The position numbers and the translations under genes are program-made. From Deltaproteobacteria bacterium (GTDB taxonomy: Bacteria > Desulfobacterota > GWC2-55-46), in assembly GCA_038043525.1 (NCBI GenBank), contig JBBTBW010000009.1, positions 6,114-70,113 of the forward strand: DNA of 64,000 nt. Direction: 5' to 3'. Below the pieces are notes generated by a model, which was given only the letters and a program-made list of their open reading frames with translations, was not told the origin of the DNA and did not search any database. Positions 10,037 through 19,824 of the stretch are shown here, in pieces. Every line of letters starts with the position of its first letter. Positions within the stretch are counted from its first letter, which is position 1.

Positions 10037-11229
10037 TGGCTATAACCGTAAACAAGAACCAGGTATGCCTGACAGGCAACTCAGCCATCGCCTACGCGAT
10101 GAAGCAGATAAATCCTGACGTATGCCCTATATATCCGATCACCCCTTCGACGCAGGTCGTAGAGGACTTTGCAGGCTACGTTGCCGACGGAAAGGTCACA
10201 AGCGAACTTATAACAGTAGAGAGCGAGCACTCCGCCATGTCTGCCTGCATCGGGGCCTCGGCCGCAGGCGCCAGGGTCATGACAGCGACATCGTCGCAGG
10301 GCCTCGCCCTCATGTGGGAGATGCTTTATATCGCCTCAGGCATGAGGCTCCCTATAGTCATTACAGACGTGAACAGGGCGCTTTCCGCCCCGATAAACAT
10401 CCACTGCGACCATTCTGATTCGATGGGCGCCAGGGATTCGGGCTGGATACAGTTATACTCAGAGACGGTGCAGGAGTCGTATGACAACCTTTTTCAGGCC
10501 GTTAAGATAGCCGAGGACTCAGGCGTTCTCCTGCCGGCGATGGTATGCCTCGACGGGTTCATCACCAGCCACGCCATAGAGAACCTGACCTTGATAGATG
10601 ATGCTGACGTAAGGTCGTTCATAGGAGAGTACAGGCCGGCAACGAGCCTGCTCGATACCGACAACCCGACTACATTCGGGGCGATGACGCTCCAGGATAC
10701 GTACATGACCTTCAAGCACCAGCAGTCGCAGGCGATGGCCGGGGCTAAGGATGTCGCAATAAGGGTAGCCAAGGAGTTCGGCAAGAGGTTCGGCCGCGAG
10801 TACGGCCTCTTTGATGCTTACAGGCTCGATGACGCCGATGTCGCTATCGTGATATTGAACTCGGCGGCAGGCACTACGAAGGTCGCGGTCGACGAGCTAC
10901 GGGCGAAAGGCCTGAAGGTCGGCGTATTGAGGCCTCGTCTTTTCAGGCCCTTCCCGTTCGGCGAGATAGCTGAAGCTCTCAAGGGCTGTAAGGCTGTAGC
11001 AGTCCTTGACAGGGCCGATTCGATGAACGGCTTCGGAGGCCCGGTATTCAACGAGATCCGCTCCGCTCTGTACGACCTCGACAAAAGGCCTAAGATCGTA
11101 AGCAGGATCTATGGTCTTGGCGGCAGGGACTACAAGGTGAAAGACGCCATTGAGGTATTCGCCGAGCTTGGAAAGATAGCGCAGACCGGTCAGATAGAGA
11201 CGCTTCTGAAGTACATAACGATGGGATAG
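10036..11229 (+). CDS. porA: Pyruvate:ferredoxin oxidoreductase alpha subunit
   Basis: YPITPST, VESEHSAMS, TATSSQGL, NRALSAPINIHCDH, YGLGGRD. Confidence 0.93.
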   Translation: MAITVNKNQVCLTGNSAIAYAMKQINPDVCPIYPITPSTQVVEDFAGYVADGKVTSELITVESEHSAMSACIGASAAGARVMTATSSQGLALMWEMLYIASGMRLPIVITDVNRALSAPINIHCDHSDSMGARDSGWIQLYSETVQESYDNLFQAVKIAEDSGVLLPAMVCLDGFITSHAIENLTLIDDADVRSFIGEYRPATSLLDTDNPTTFGAMTLQDTYMTFKHQQSQAMAGAKDVAIRVAKEFGKRFGREYGLFDAYRLDDADVAIVILNSAAGTTKVAVDELRAKGLKVGVLRPRLFRPFPFGEIAEALKGCKAVAVLDRADSMNGFGGPVFNEIRSALYDLDKRPKIVSRIYGLGGRDYKVKDAIEVFAELGKIAQTGQIETLLKYITMG

Positions 11230-11328
11230 CCCAGAGCGCCCTCTTGCGGCTCTCATCGGCAGAGGTCACGGCATCAGGCGGATACATAAAAAAACACCCC
11301 AAAGCGGGTTTTCAAAGAGGTATGAGAG

Positions 11329-12261
11329 ATGGCCACACTAAAGGAACTGTCAAAGCAACAGGAGCTGCTCACAGGCGGCCACAGGCTATGCTCAGGCTGC
11401 GGCATACCGCCGATAGTCAGGCTTATACTGCGCGCGGCAAACGGCCCGGTGGTGGCCACTACCGCGACCGGATGCCTTGAGGTCGGCACCACGGTGTACC
11501 CTTACTCGGCGTGGAGGATCCCGTGGATCCACTCGGCGTTCGAGAACGCTGCGGCCACCATAAGCGGCATTGAGACCGCGTACAGGGCATTCAAGAAGCA
11601 GGGCAGGATCCCGGCCGATAAGAATATAAAGTTTGTCGCCTTCGGCGGTGACGGCGGCACTTATGACATCGGCATCCAGGCCCTTTCCGGCGCGCTTGAG
11701 AGGGGGCATAACTTCCTCTACGTCTGCTATGACAACGGCGCGTACATGAATACAGGCATACAGCGCTCGAGCGCCACCCCGTTCGGCTCCAACACCACTA
11801 CGTCGCAGGCTGGCGAGGTAATACCCGGCAAGCTCGAGTGGAGGAAGGACCTCACGAGGATAGTCGTCGCGCACAACATACCGTACGCCGCCCAGACCTC
11901 TCCTAGCAACTGGTCAGATCTTTCCAAGAAGGCTGAGAAGGCTATGGCCACAAACGGCCCGACGTTCATGAACGTCATGTCTCCGTGCCCGCTCGGATGG
12001 TACACCAAGCCTGAAGACTCCATGAAGCTTGCGAGGCTTTCCGTCGATACCTGCTACTGGCCCCTTTACGAGGTCGAAGACGGGGTGTTGAGGGTCACTT
12101 ACAGGCCCAAGGAGAAGAAGCCTCTTGTAGACTGGCTGAAGCCGCAGGGGAGGTTCAAGCACCTGTTCAAGCCGGAGAACCAGCACCTTCTCGAAGAGTT
12201 CCAGAAGAGGGTTGATCTCGAGTGGAACAGGCTCCTCGATCTCGATGGCAAGCGCGTTTAA
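11329..12261 (+). CDS. porB: Pyruvate:ferredoxin oxidoreductase beta subunit (TPP-binding)
   Basis: GHRLCSGCG, TGCLEV, GGDGG..DIG, YDNGAYMNTGIQRS, SPCP. Confidence 0.93.
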   Translation: MATLKELSKQQELLTGGHRLCSGCGIPPIVRLILRAANGPVVATTATGCLEVGTTVYPYSAWRIPWIHSAFENAAATISGIETAYRAFKKQGRIPADKNIKFVAFGGDGGTYDIGIQALSGALERGHNFLYVCYDNGAYMNTGIQRSSATPFGSNTTTSQAGEVIPGKLEWRKDLTRIVVAHNIPYAAQTSPSNWSDLSKKAEKAMATNGPTFMNVMSPCPLGWYTKPEDSMKLARLSVDTCYWPLYEVEDGVLRVTYRPKEKKPLVDWLKPQGRFKHLFKPENQHLLEEFQKRVDLEWNRLLDLDGKRV

Positions 12262-12302
12262 GGACCGGTCTCTGACGCATAAATCTGTTTTTACCTGATG
12301 GC

Positions 12303-12330
12303 CCTGCGCGCCGCTTGAGCGGCGCGCAGG
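12303..12330 (+). terminator. Strong GC hairpin after the por operon
   Basis: CCTGCGCGCCGC / GCGGCGCGCAGG perfect stem; no clear downstream U-tract. Confidence 0.45.
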
Positions 12331-12536
12331 CATTAGGGACGCTGTGCGGCAGTTGGCGGCTTGTGCCGGTCGAATACGATATACATGCGTGACGGTCTGT
12401 CAGTCGCGATGGCCGTCGTAGCAAGTGGCCTGTCATGAATATCAAAAGCCCTGATGGATCATAGCCGCCGGTCCCTTGCATATATTATAATCAACGTCTG
12501 AACCCGGCCTCATTCCCTTTTACATAAGGAAACATA

Positions 12537-13019
12537 ATGTCTCAGAGCTCTTTTATAATGTATGACGAAGAGTACAAGGAGATCACCGCTGCGGTGGACA
12601 AACTCCTTGTCGAGGCTAACGCCAAGTGTGTCTACCTCGTCGACAAGGATGGGCAGCTGATAACATCAAGCGGCGAGACAAGGGACATAGACGCTACCTC
12701 TCTGGCCTCGCTCACAGCAGGCAACATCGCCGCCACAGGCGGGCTTGCCAAGCTTATCGGCGAAAAGGAGTTCTCGATATTATTCCATGAGGGCGAGCGG
12801 GATAACCTCCACATCTCAGTCGTCGGACAGCGGGTGATACTCGTCGTGATCTTCGATAAGCGGTCATCGCTCGGCCTTGTAAGGCTGAGGGCAAAGAAGG
12901 CGAGCGACGAGCTTGGCAGGACGATACAGAAACTCCTTGTAAGGATGGAGGGCGGGGCCGAGCAGGAGAGCCTCTTGCAGGAGATAACAGACGACGATAT
13001 AGAGAAGCTTTTTCACTGA
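12537..13019 (+). CDS. mglB: MglB roadblock/LC7 GTPase-activating protein
   Basis: LVDKDGQLI, SLASLTAGNIAATGGLAKLIGEKEFSILFHEGE, SSLGLVRLR, C-terminal EITDDDIEKLF. Confidence 0.95.
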   Translation: MSQSSFIMYDEEYKEITAAVDKLLVEANAKCVYLVDKDGQLITSSGETRDIDATSLASLTAGNIAATGGLAKLIGEKEFSILFHEGERDNLHISVVGQRVILVVIFDKRSSLGLVRLRAKKASDELGRTIQKLLVRMEGGAEQESLLQEITDDDIEKLFH

Positions 13020-13134
13020 GCGCATTCCGGCAGGTTTTCCGGGCAGTCAGTATGAGCGTTGATTCGCATCCTGCGTCGTGGCAGGGCCTTAAAATAACCG
13101 ATTTTTTACCGTTTGTCGGGCAGATACCGCACCC

Positions 13135-13722
13135 ATGTCATTTATAAACTATTCTTCAAGGGAAATTAACTGCAAGATAGTGTACTACGGGCCGGGGCTA
13201 TGCGGCAAGACCACTAATCTTCAGTTTATCTACAAAAAGACGCGTCCTGAGGCGAAGGGCAAGATGATCACCCTTGCCACAGAGACTGAGAGGACGCTTT
13301 TTTTCGATTTTCTTCCGCTATCCCTCGGAGACATCAAGGGCTTCAAGACAAGGTTTCACCTCTACACCGTTCCCGGTCAGATATTCTATGACGCCTCCAG
13401 AAAGCTCATATTGAAGGGCGTCGACGGCATAGTCTTTGTCGCCGATTCCCAGATCGAGAGGATGGACGCCAACATAGAGAGCTACGAGAACATGCATATT
13501 AACCTGGAAGAGCAGGGCTACAGCCTCTCCAACATACCGCACGTCATACAATACAATAAAAGGGACCTGTCCGGCGTAGTGCCGGTTGCCGAGTTGAAAA
13601 AGGTCTTAAACGCCGAAGGTGTGCCGGACTTCGAGGCAGTAGCCTCGGACGGGACGGGCGTATTCGAGACGTTGAAGGCTATCGTCAAACTTGTCCTTAT
13701 AGAGCTTAAGAAGGGTTCATAA
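13135..13722 (+). CDS. mglA: MglA small GTPase
   Basis: [45 protein letters not shown]. Confidence 0.97.
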   Translation: MSFINYSSREINCKIVYYGPGLCGKTTNLQFIYKKTRPEAKGKMITLATETERTLFFDFLPLSLGDIKGFKTRFHLYTVPGQIFYDASRKLILKGVDGIVFVADSQIERMDANIESYENMHINLEEQGYSLSNIPHVIQYNKRDLSGVVPVAELKKVLNAEGVPDFEAVASDGTGVFETLKAIVKLVLIELKKGS

Positions 13723-13748
13723 CAGAGAATATCGGAGGGTAGTACGCT

Positions 13749-14195
13749 ATGGGATTGAGGGATGATCTGACGAAGGGCGTTACCGCGGCTATGAAGTCGG
13801 GTGAAAAGGAGCGCCTGTCTACCTTGCGTATGCTTCTGAGCGCGGTAAAGTACAAAGAGGTAGATGCCAAGCATCAGCTATCTGATGAAGAGGTCTGGCA
13901 GGTAACCTCGACGCTTATAAAGCAGAGGCAGGACTCTGCCGAGCAGTTCACGAACGGAGGCAGGCCTGAGCTCGCAGCCAAGGAATTGAGCGAGATAGAG
14001 GTTTTAAAGGCGTTTTTGCCTCCACAACTCGGGGCGGATGAGATAAGGGAGATAGTGAAAAAGGCCGCTGCTGATACAGGGGCCGCAGGAGCCAAAGACC
14101 TTGGCAAGGTCATGAAGGTGATAATGCCGCTGGTTAAAGGCAAGGCCGACGGAAAGCTCGTCAACGACATAGTCAAAGAGGTCCTTGGGGCCTGA
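13749..14195 (+). CDS. yqeY: GatB/YqeY domain protein
   Basis: AMKSGEK.RLSTLRML, KQRQDSAEQF..GGRPELA, FLPPQL, DLGKVM, GKADG. Confidence 0.92.
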   Translation: MGLRDDLTKGVTAAMKSGEKERLSTLRMLLSAVKYKEVDAKHQLSDEEVWQVTSTLIKQRQDSAEQFTNGGRPELAAKELSEIEVLKAFLPPQLGADEIREIVKKAAADTGAAGAKDLGKVMKVIMPLVKGKADGKLVNDIVKEVLGA

Positions 14196-14260
14196 GCCTC
14201 TGTCTGTTCGGAGGTCATCACTTTATATGCACTCAGGTGCGGCAAAAGAAAATCTATTTT

Positions 14261-14355
14261 TCCTCCCCTTTGTCCGATTATAAGGGGAGGCTGGATGGGG
14301 TGGTTTAAAAGACATCGATTGACCACCCCCGGCCGCTCCTTGGCAAGGAGGGGAG
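14261..14355. repeat. CCTCCCCTT...AAGGGGAGG hairpin repeat pair (REP-like)
   Basis: TCCTCCCCTT-N-AAGGGGAGGCTGGATGGGG followed by a degenerate inverted copy; same motif at about 22818-22855 and 23248-23284, weaker traces at about 23625 and 46780. Confidence 0.65.
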
Positions 14356-14369
14356 CAGACTGAAGTAAC

Positions 14370-14390
14370 GTAGGGTGGGCTCAGCCCACC
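14370..14390. repeat. GTAG-type REP palindrome
   Basis: GTAG-GGTGGGC-TCA-GCCCACC; degenerate relatives at about 14592-14612 and 23010-23030. Confidence 0.6.
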
Positions 14391-14443
14391 AGGTTCAGGT
14401 TGTCATGAGGCTGGGCTACAATTTTTAAAAGATAGCGGACGTG

Positions 14444-14579
14444 TCCTTGCAGTCAAACAAAACCCGGGTCATGGCGTAGCGAGCCTGACTGAGAGCTGAT
14501 GAGCAGGCATTTGAATTTACTGCGAGTCTGCTCGAAAGCGAAGCGAGCCATACCCAAAAGCCACGGCAGTGTGCAAAAG
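14444..14579 (+). repeat. ~136-bp palindromic dispersed repeat, copy 1
   Basis: Reverse complement matches 23077-23212 with about 12 mismatches (hand alignment). Confidence 0.9.
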
Positions 14580-14706
14580 TAACGTAGTCTTGTAGAATGG
14601 GTCTCACCCGCCGATCGATCAGAAAGCGATGCTTGCCATATTTTACAAACCGGTTCCCATGATGTGACGCGTTTGTCTTAATCATAATCAATAGGGGTAT
14701 TTAAAA

Positions 14707-15660
14707 ATGAAGATAAGAGAAATATACGAAGGCGCCGTCAAAAGAGGCATAGAGCTTGATCCAAGGGGGCCTGAAGAGGTCGCTAAAGAGCTTGCAAGGG
14801 CGAAAAAAGATTTCGACGACCTCTCCGAGAAGAAAAAGAAGTGGTATGACCGCGACAGGCTCGTAAACCCGTATTCTGACTCGCGCATACTCTTCGGAGA
14901 CCCTGATACCGAGGTGAAAAGGGTCCTTGTCGGCATAGACATGGAGGTCGGTGAGGTGCTCCTTGCCGACAGGCTTCGCGAGCGCGGCAAGCCTATCGAC
15001 CTGATCATAGCCCATCACCCTGAAGGCAGGGCTATGGCGAACCTCTATGGCGTAATGGATATGCAGTCCGGGATACTCTTAAAGTACGGGGTGCCGATAA
15101 ACATAGCCGAAGATATCATGGAGGAGCGGATAAAAGAGGTCGAGCGCAGGCTGATGCCTGTCAACCACACAAGGTCGGTAGACGCGGCGCGCCTTCTCGG
15201 TATCCCGATGATGTGCGTTCATACGCCTACGGATAACGCCGTTACCGATTTCCTGCAATCTATTTTTGATACGAAAAAACCCGAGTATGTATCAGACGTG
15301 CTTGACCTTCTCAGAGAGATACCGGAGTACGCCGGGGCCATGGATGAGGTCGAGATGGGCCCGAAGGCGGTCTGCGGCTCCGAGAAGAGGAAGGCAGGCA
15401 AGGTGTTCGTCGATATGACAGGCGGGACAGGCGGGTCGAAAAAAGCCTTCGAGAACCTCGCCAGAGCTGGGGTAGGCACTGTCGTCGGGATGCACATAAG
15501 CGATGATCACCGCAAGGAAGCTGAGAAGAACCATATAAACGTCGTCATAGCCGGTCACATAGCCAGCGACACGCTCGGGATAAACATCATACTGGACCAT
15601 GTCCTGAAAGGCGTAGAGGTCGTAGCCACCTCCGGTTTCAGGAGAATCTCAAGGACATAG
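14707..15660 (+). CDS. NIF3-like (NGG1p interacting factor) metal-binding protein
   Basis: NPYSDSRIL, LVGID, IIAHHPEG, HTPTDN, VGMH, AGHIASDTLGIN. Confidence 0.8.
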   Translation: MKIREIYEGAVKRGIELDPRGPEEVAKELARAKKDFDDLSEKKKKWYDRDRLVNPYSDSRILFGDPDTEVKRVLVGIDMEVGEVLLADRLRERGKPIDLIIAHHPEGRAMANLYGVMDMQSGILLKYGVPINIAEDIMEERIKEVERRLMPVNHTRSVDAARLLGIPMMCVHTPTDNAVTDFLQSIFDTKKPEYVSDVLDLLREIPEYAGAMDEVEMGPKAVCGSEKRKAGKVFVDMTGGTGGSKKAFENLARAGVGTVVGMHISDDHRKEAEKNHINVVIAGHIASDTLGINIILDHVLKGVEVVATSGFRRISRT

Positions 15661-15667
15661 CAGGCCG

Positions 15668-17992
15668 TTGGACTCGACTACACTTGAAACGCTCGAATAC
15701 CCGGCTGTTCTGAAAGAGCTGTCAGGGTTTGCCGCAACCCCTCCGGGCATGATCATGGCCGAGGGGCTAAGGCCCATAGCCGATTACGGGCTTTTGCAGA
15801 TGCAGTGGAGCAGGTACGGCGAGGCCGCGGATATCTTGAAGGTAGCCGGCAGGCTCCCTGTCGGCGGTACAACAGACATATCGGCGCTCCTTGCAAAGCT
15901 CGGCCCTGAAGGGGCCTTTCTCCTGCCTGAAGAGCTTATCCAGATAAAGAACAATATCATAGCCTCGCTTCAAATGAAGGCGCTTGCGGACGTTCAGTTC
16001 GCAGGCGCCTATCCGCTCATTTCAGGTTCTATCTCTCTTATATCGGACCAGCGCTCTATCGCCTCTGAGCTCGAACGGATAGTAGACGACAGGGCGCAGA
16101 TAAAAGACACCGCCTCTACAGCGCTATACAGGATACGCAGAGAAATAAGGTCGTCCAAGGAAAGGGCAAGGTCCATACTCGAGTCTATCTCGACGGATAA
16201 GGGCCTAAACGACCTCCTCCAGCAGGACATAATAACGATACGGGACGACAGGTACGTCCTCCTTATAAAGGCCGGGATGCACACGGGTCTCGGTGGCATT
16301 GTACACGGCAGGTCAGGGAGCGGGGCGACCTACTTCATGGAGCCTTTAGAGCTTGTAGAGCTGAATAATCGGGTCGCGCTTTTAAAGAGAGAGGAAAAGA
16401 CAGAGGAGATAGAGGTATTAAAGGCCGTATCCGCACGGATCTCATTAGAGGCGCTCTCGCTCCAAAACGACCAGGGGATCATAGCTGAGATAGATTGCCT
16501 TCAGGCAAAGGCCATTTTCGCCGCCGAGATAAACGGCATAAGACCCCTACTGGAGAAAGAGGGCGGCCTGAGGCTCGTAAACGCGAGGCACCCGCTCCTT
16601 ATCATCAAACAGCTCCGTGGCGGGGCGCATGTCGTCCCGGTTGACGTGATGATACCTGACGGCATAAGGGTGGTGATGATCTCCGGCGCTAATACCGGCG
16701 GTAAGACCGTTGCGCTCAAGACCCTCGGGCTTTTATCCCTTATGGTCATGGCCGCGATACCCGTGCCTGTTGATGAAGGCAGTACGGCTGTAGCGTTCAC
16801 CGGTATATTCTCTGATATAGGGGATAGACAGGATATTATAGCGTCGCTGTCTACTTTCTCGGCGCATGTAAAGCGGTTAAAGGAGTTTCTGGCCCTTGCC
16901 GGCCCAGGTTCACTCGTAATGATGGATGAGATCGGGGCGGGCACCGACCCATCAGAGGGCGGCGCGCTCGCCCTGGCGACGCTTGAGACCTTCATAGCAA
17001 GGGGCGCTACCTGCGTCGTCACGACACACCTTAATCTTTTAAAGGCCCACGCACAGGTAGACCCGGCATACCTTAACGCCTCCGTCGAGTTTGATGAAAA
17101 AACGCTCAAGCCTCTCTATAGGCTCTGCTACGGCGTACCCGGGCCGTCCCTTGGGCTGTCTATCGCCGGGAGCCTCGGCATCCCTTCTGAGATAGTCGAG
17201 CGGGCGCGCAGATCTGTTGACGAGAGGGAGGGTGCTTTTATAGAGTCTGTCAGAAGGCTTGAACATGAGAAGCAAGAGGTAGTAAAATTGACCGGGAGGC
17301 TCCGTCTGCTCGAAGGACAAAGGCAGGATGCCGTAGCAAGGCTTCGTGAGAAAAGAGAGGCTATAATAGAGAAGGCGCGGGCCAAGGTCGACGCCGCTGT
17401 CGCAAAGGCCAGGCTTGAGATAAAAGAGGTCGTCTTGAGGCTTTCCGAGCATGGCGACCGCAGGGGCGGGAAAAAGGCTGCGGCAGAGGTAGATGAGATA
17501 TCAAAGAGGCTCGTGACGCATGTGAGCCAGAGGCCGAGGGTCAGGTACGTCCCTGCCAAAGGCGACAAGGCGGTTATAATCGGGACGCAGACAAGAGGTG
17601 TAGTCATCTCCATTGATGAGGCCTCTGAGAAGGCTGAACTCCAGATGGGAGGGCTCAAGGTATGGGTCTCATGGGAGAGGCTTGAAAAACGTGGAGCGCC
17701 TGAAAAGAGCGCGACAGTTCAAGATTATACAGTAACGGCCGAAATGGAAGTTGCGCATACTCTCAACCTCATAGGGATGAGGGTCGAAGACGCGCTCCCG
17801 CTTTTAAAGAGGTTTATCGATAACGCCCACTCTAACGGGCTCGGTTCTGTCGAGGTGATACACGGCGTCGGCACAGGCAGGCTCGCAAAGGCGGTACGCG
17901 ATTATCTGAAGGGTTGCCAGGGCGTAAATGCATTTAAGTTCGCGGACCAGGCGCAAGGCGGGGCTGGGGTCACTATAGTGGAGTTGGCGTAG
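15668..17992 (+). CDS. mutS2: Endonuclease MutS2
   Basis: TLETLEY start, GIVHGRSGSGAT, GANTGGKT, SLSTFS, DEIGAGTDP, C-terminal Smr domain IHGVGTG. Confidence 0.95.
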   Translation: MDSTTLETLEYPAVLKELSGFAATPPGMIMAEGLRPIADYGLLQMQWSRYGEAADILKVAGRLPVGGTTDISALLAKLGPEGAFLLPEELIQIKNNIIASLQMKALADVQFAGAYPLISGSISLISDQRSIASELERIVDDRAQIKDTASTALYRIRREIRSSKERARSILESISTDKGLNDLLQQDIITIRDDRYVLLIKAGMHTGLGGIVHGRSGSGATYFMEPLELVELNNRVALLKREEKTEEIEVLKAVSARISLEALSLQNDQGIIAEIDCLQAKAIFAAEINGIRPLLEKEGGLRLVNARHPLLIIKQLRGGAHVVPVDVMIPDGIRVVMISGANTGGKTVALKTLGLLSLMVMAAIPVPVDEGSTAVAFTGIFSDIGDRQDIIASLSTFSAHVKRLKEFLALAGPGSLVMMDEIGAGTDPSEGGALALATLETFIARGATCVVTTHLNLLKAHAQVDPAYLNASVEFDEKTLKPLYRLCYGVPGPSLGLSIAGSLGIPSEIVERARRSVDEREGAFIESVRRLEHEKQEVVKLTGRLRLLEGQRQDAVARLREKREAIIEKARAKVDAAVAKARLEIKEVVLRLSEHGDRRGGKKAAAEVDEISKRLVTHVSQRPRVRYVPAKGDKAVIIGTQTRGVVISIDEASEKAELQMGGLKVWVSWERLEKRGAPEKSATVQDYTVTAEMEVAHTLNLIGMRVEDALPLLKRFIDNAHSNGLGSVEVIHGVGTGRLAKAVRDYLKGCQGVNAFKFADQAQGGAGVTIVELA

Positions 17993-18093
17993 CCGTTTGT
18001 TCTCCGTCCTTTCAGGTCGGCTTGATCTTGTCTTGTAACGTGAAACGTCGCTTCGGTTTTTTTGCAGGCTTAAAACTGCGCGGAACTTGACCT

Positions 18094-19824
18094 ATGATAC
18101 CAAAAGAGAAGATAGAAGAGGTAAAGGATCGCACCAACATAGTGCAGGTCATATCCGAGTATCTGCCCCTAAAAAAACGCGGGGCAAACCACCTCGGCCT
18201 CTGCCCATTTCACTCGGAGAAGACCCCTTCTTTTACGGTAAACGAGCAGAAGGGGATATATTACTGCTTCGGGTGCAACTCGACAGGCAACGCGATAACC
18301 TTCATCATGAAAAAAGAGGGCGTCGAGTTCATCGACGCCGTAAGGACGCTCGCCCATAAGGCAGGCATATCCATCGAAGAGAAGCGCACAGGCCCGCCTG
18401 ATGAGCGAGAGGTGATGTACGCCTCACTGAAGATTGCCGAGGAGTATTTTATAGCGCAGCTTGCAGGGCCTTCAGGCGGTTCGGCGCGCGAATACCTGAA
18501 AAAGAGAGGGTTTGACGGAGAGATCTCATCAAGGTTCGGGCTCGGCTGGGCGCCGAACGGTTGGGACGGGCTCGTTAGTTGCCTGAGGGGCAGGAAGATA
18601 CCGCTTGATACTGCTGAGAAGGCCGGCCTCGTAGGCAGGAAGGAAGAGCGTTTCTACGACAGGTTCAGGGCCAGGGTGATGTTCCCTATCACAGACGTCA
18701 GGGGCAGGGTGACAGGCTTCGGAGGCAGATGCCTTGATGACTCTGTGCCCAAGTATCTGAACAGCCCTGAAACACCTGTATTTAAAAAGGGTGAGACGCT
18801 CTACGGTCTTTTTCAGGCGAAGCCTGAGCTTGTAAAAGGCGCTAGCGCCATAGTCGTCGAGGGGTACTTCGATCTGATGGCGCTTCATAAAAACGGCTTT
18901 ACCTCGGCTGTAGCGACGATGGGCACGGCTCTTACGCCTGCGCACCTTCGGACGCTCAAGGGATACTCAGGGCTTGTCTACGCGCTCTTTGATTCTGATG
19001 CGGCAGGCAGGAACGCCGCCATAAGAAGCCTCGATATGTTTCTGGCTGAAGACTTGAGTTGCAGGGCTGTCGTCCTTTCAGGCGTCAAGGACCCTGACGA
19101 GTTCCTCGGCAGGAACGGGCCTGAGGCGTTAAGGGAGGCGATCGCAAAGGCAGAACCCTTGATGGAGTTTTACCTGAAAGATCTTGCCTCAATCGAGGAT
19201 GTCAAGGGGCCGGAGGGGAAAAAGAGGTACTTTGACCTTGCGAAAAAACACCTTTCAATGGTGAAGAACGAGGCTGAAAAAGGGCATTACGCGAAGGTCG
19301 TTGCCGCGATACTCGGCATAGGTGAGGCGTATGTGGCCCAAGGGCTGAAGGGCTCTGGGGAGTTGCGCTTCGAAGTGAAGCCTGAGGCCCACGCCAAGGC
19401 TCCATCCAAAAGGCCTGCCCCGATACATGAGACCGTTGTACTCAAGGTGATCATAAGCCATCCGGAGCTTTTAAGCGAGAGGGCAGCTACGGCGGTAGGT
19501 GAGTTTACGGACCCGGACCTGCGAGAGGCAGGCATGTTGGCCATCACCCTTATAAAGGCCGATGGCGTGGTAGACTCTCAGGCGCTGATAGAGGGCATAA
19601 CGGACGAGGGGGCGAGGGCGCGCATCGCCGGACTCCTCCTTCGCTCTGATGAGGGCTTTATAGAGGACCCGGCAAGGATGCTGGCAGATTGTTTGAAAAG
19701 GGTCTTAAAGAAAGGTAGACTTAAAGAGTGTACGATGGACTTCATAGAGAGCTTTGAAGACGCGGATGTCGCCATAGAGATTAGAAAGAGGTTTGAAGCT
19801 TCTTCACGAGGAGCAAAGCGTTGA
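18094..19824 (+). CDS. dnaG: DNA primase
   Basis: CPFH.EKTPSF..YCFGC zinc finger, [26 protein letters not shown]. Confidence 0.97.
   Translation: MIPKEKIEEVKDRTNIVQVISEYLPLKKRGANHLGLCPFHSEKTPSFTVNEQKGIYYCFGCNSTGNAITFIMKKEGVEFIDAVRTLAHKAGISIEEKRTGPPDEREVMYASLKIAEEYFIAQLAGPSGGSAREYLKKRGFDGEISSRFGLGWAPNGWDGLVSCLRGRKIPLDTAEKAGLVGRKEERFYDRFRARVMFPITDVRGRVTGFGGRCLDDSVPKYLNSPETPVFKKGETLYGLFQAKPELVKGASAIVVEGYFDLMALHKNGFTSAVATMGTALTPAHLRTLKGYSGLVYALFDSDAAGRNAAIRSLDMFLAEDLSCRAVVLSGVKDPDEFLGRNGPEALREAIAKAEPLMEFYLKDLASIEDVKGPEGKKRYFDLAKKHLSMVKNEAEKGHYAKVVAAILGIGEAYVAQGLKGSGELRFEVKPEAHAKAPSKRPAPIHETVVLKVIISHPELLSERAATAVGEFTDPDLREAGMLAITLIKADGVVDSQALIEGITDEGARARIAGLLLRSDEGFIEDPARMLADCLKRVLKKGRLKECTMDFIESFEDADVAIEIRKRFEASSRGAKR

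Noticed and set aside
14425-14691. ORFs 14425-14691 (-) and 46581-46820 (+) sharing WLASLSSRL...SQARYAMTRV as a protein family
   Set aside because: They are translations of the DNA repeat; copy 2 has an in-frame stop and no RBS is evident.
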